A stretch of 64,000 nucleotides of DNA. Source: a virus. Lineage: Duplodnaviria > Heunggongvirae > Uroviricota > Caudoviricetes. Positions 62,635 to 64,000 of the stretch are shown piece after piece. The notes beneath the pieces were generated by a model that was not told where the DNA came from, did not search any database, and saw nothing but the letters and a program-made list of their open reading frames with translations. Location of the stretch: positions 25,069 to 89,068 of IMG/VR virus record IMGVR_UViG_3300032250_000269; one strand, given 5' to 3'. Both the position numbers and the translations under genes were made by a program. The first letter of the stretch is position 1, and each line of letters starts with the position of its first letter.

Positions 62635-63333
62635 ATGAAAACATTTCGACAATTTAGAGAAGAACTTGTTAAGCAAGCTGGTACACAACTTGGTTCAAAC
62701 GAAGGTGGTGTACACGTAGATTCTGATACTGGTAAGAAGTATTATGTGAAGCACTATGATAACCCCGATCAGGGTAAGGTAGAAGCTCTCACTGGCAAGA
62801 TTTATCAGCACATGGGCATCAACACTCTCAACCCAGAGAGACATGGTGAAAGTGGCATTAAAACCGCTTGGAATGAGCATGTAAAGACAGAGAGACCATC
62901 ATTCTATGATAATCCCAGCAAAAAACATGCTGGTCAAATTGGTAAGATGTATCATGCTGCTATTCTAACAAAGAATTGGGATATTGCAGGACTTGATCAC
63001 GATAATATCGTACATAACCATAAGACAGGCAATCTACATGCTATTGATCATGGTGGAGCATTCCACTTCAGAGCACAAGGTGGACCAAAGGAATATGGTC
63101 CAGATATCTCAGAAAAAGAATCATTAAGAAATCCAAATAATGCTTCTGGTCATATTTTCAACAGTGCTTTTGAAAAACACCCTGAAGCAGAACATGAAGG
63201 TTTAAAGGCTGTTAAGAATATGGATGATGATCATATCCATCATCTGTTCAAAACTTCTGGACTTTCTAACTGGAAAGAGTTACACACCAATTTCATGAAG
63301 CGTAAACAGGCGTTGATTGATTCGTACAAATAA
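62635..63333 (+). CDS. His-rich protein with CTS-like N-terminus
   Basis: MKTFRQFREEL N-terminus. Confidence 0.5.
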   Translation: MKTFRQFREELVKQAGTQLGSNEGGVHVDSDTGKKYYVKHYDNPDQGKVEALTGKIYQHMGINTLNPERHGESGIKTAWNEHVKTERPSFYDNPSKKHAGQIGKMYHAAILTKNWDIAGLDHDNIVHNHKTGNLHAIDHGGAFHFRAQGGPKEYGPDISEKESLRNPNNASGHIFNSAFEKHPEAEHEGLKAVKNMDDDHIHHLFKTSGLSNWKELHTNFMKRKQALIDSYK

Positions 63334-63351
63334 GTGAAAGGTAATTATATT

Positions 63352-63756
63352 ATGTGGCTAATGCAAAATGATGGTTTTATTAGTGCTGTCCGAGATTGGA
63401 ATGATCCTACTGGACAGAGCCTTGTTATTCGTGCTCGTATGCGTGAGCACCTAGAAAATCAGTTTCCTGTTGCTCAATTGGAGGCATGGAAGCTTCTAAA
63501 TAATGAAGAAGGCGCTCGTATTATTCAAAAGTTTCTTTCTGGTGATGATCGTCCTATTATTGTGACAGATTGGCCTGATGATATCAAGTATTTCTGTCAA
63601 GCTATTATTACTGGTCCCGGTATGATGATCAATATTCCGAGACTTTCTTTTGAAATGGTTCGTGTTGATGCATATCCTAGTGTATTAGAAAAATATGGTG
63701 CGGTGCAACATAATGCATATTGGGATGCTATGGCATTGCGTGTGCTTTTTAACTAA
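63352..63756 (+). CDS. hypothetical protein
   Basis: 134 aa. Confidence 0.5.
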   Translation: MWLMQNDGFISAVRDWNDPTGQSLVIRARMREHLENQFPVAQLEAWKLLNNEEGARIIQKFLSGDDRPIIVTDWPDDIKYFCQAIITGPGMMINIPRLSFEMVRVDAYPSVLEKYGAVQHNAYWDAMALRVLFN

Positions 63757-63774
63757 TTTTTTGGAGTATAAGTA

Positions 63775-63993
63775 ATGACGGAATATTATCTGTTTCATAT
63801 TGACAATTGCAGATATATGTTCCAAAATGCAGATGATATTTTTGATTTCATGATCGGTTGTATCGATGATTTCACTGATGATCTTGAAAAAGAATATGGA
63901 ACACTTGTAGAATATGAAATTGATAGGTTTGAAGATAACGTATCATATTTTACAAATTCTACCAATACTATAAAAATTGTCAATATGTTTTAA
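63775..63993 (+). CDS. hypothetical small acidic protein
   Basis: 72 aa. Confidence 0.45.
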   Translation: MTEYYLFHIDNCRYMFQNADDIFDFMIGCIDDFTDDLEKEYGTLVEYEIDRFEDNVSYFTNSTNTIKIVNMF

Positions 63994-64000
63994 CTATGGA

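Overview
This window reads as a contiguous segment of a large T4-like (Tevenvirinae / KVP40-like) myovirus genome. Nearly every gene is on the + strand, the sequence is AT-rich, and genes are tightly packed with ATGA/TAATG start-stop overlaps. All protein assignments below are from motifs I recognise by eye and from the six-frame ORF track; no database search was run.

What the window contains, in order:
- 1-6.5 kb: a T4-style nucleotide-metabolism block (thymidylate synthase, DHFR, class Ia RNR large and small subunits with a glutaredoxin) plus an ArfB-like GGQ protein.
- 6.5-11.5 kb: a GIY-YIG homing endonuclease, a pyruvoyl AdoMetDC-family decarboxylase, then a sugar cassette (HAD phosphatase, SDR epimerase, GT4 glycosyltransferase, GHMP heptose kinase, GmhA isomerase).
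- 12.9-18.8 kb: RNase H/FEN, PhoH, a PD-(D/E)XK nuclease, MazG, an HD hydrolase.
- 17.9-31 kb: a long run of small early genes. Many are driven by a repeated, near-consensus TTGACA-17-TATAAT promoter with a conserved CGAATC spacer box and a conserved 5' leader (TCATCAAGACGAAAGGAAC). This run includes an Rnl1-like RNA ligase, a P-loop kinase and a small N6-adenine DNA methyltransferase.
- 31-33 kb: membrane proteins, lipoproteins and an SPFH lipoprotein.
- 33.4-40 kb: a block of large His-rich or HEAT-repeat proteins whose N-termini resemble the T4 capsid-targeting sequence (MKTYQEFIAE).
- 40.7-43.3 kb: an NAD+ salvage pair (NMNAT-Nudix plus Nampt).
- 43.9-62.2 kb: a tRNA island of about 30 tRNAs. 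It also contains homing endonucleases (two GIY-YIG, one HNH), a macro-domain protein, a SAM methyltransferase, a CTS-tagged nucleotidyltransferase, a GT25 glycosyltransferase, TilS, an ArfA-like peptide and more than 1.2 kb of ORF-free, hairpin-rich sequence downstream of a strong promoter.
- 59.2-64 kb: an LpxH-like phosphoesterase, an SF1 helicase and further CTS-tagged proteins.

The candidates for something new, in my order of interest:
1. A family of capsid-targeted (injected) proteins that includes an NTase-fold enzyme and two HEAT-repeat giants.
2. The large structured non-coding region inside the tRNA island (possibly GOLLD/ROOL-like).
3. The phage-borne heptose and glycosyltransferase genes.
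4. The conserved promoter-plus-leader module.
5. Paired ribosome-rescue (ArfA-like, ArfB-like) and tRNA-repair functions.
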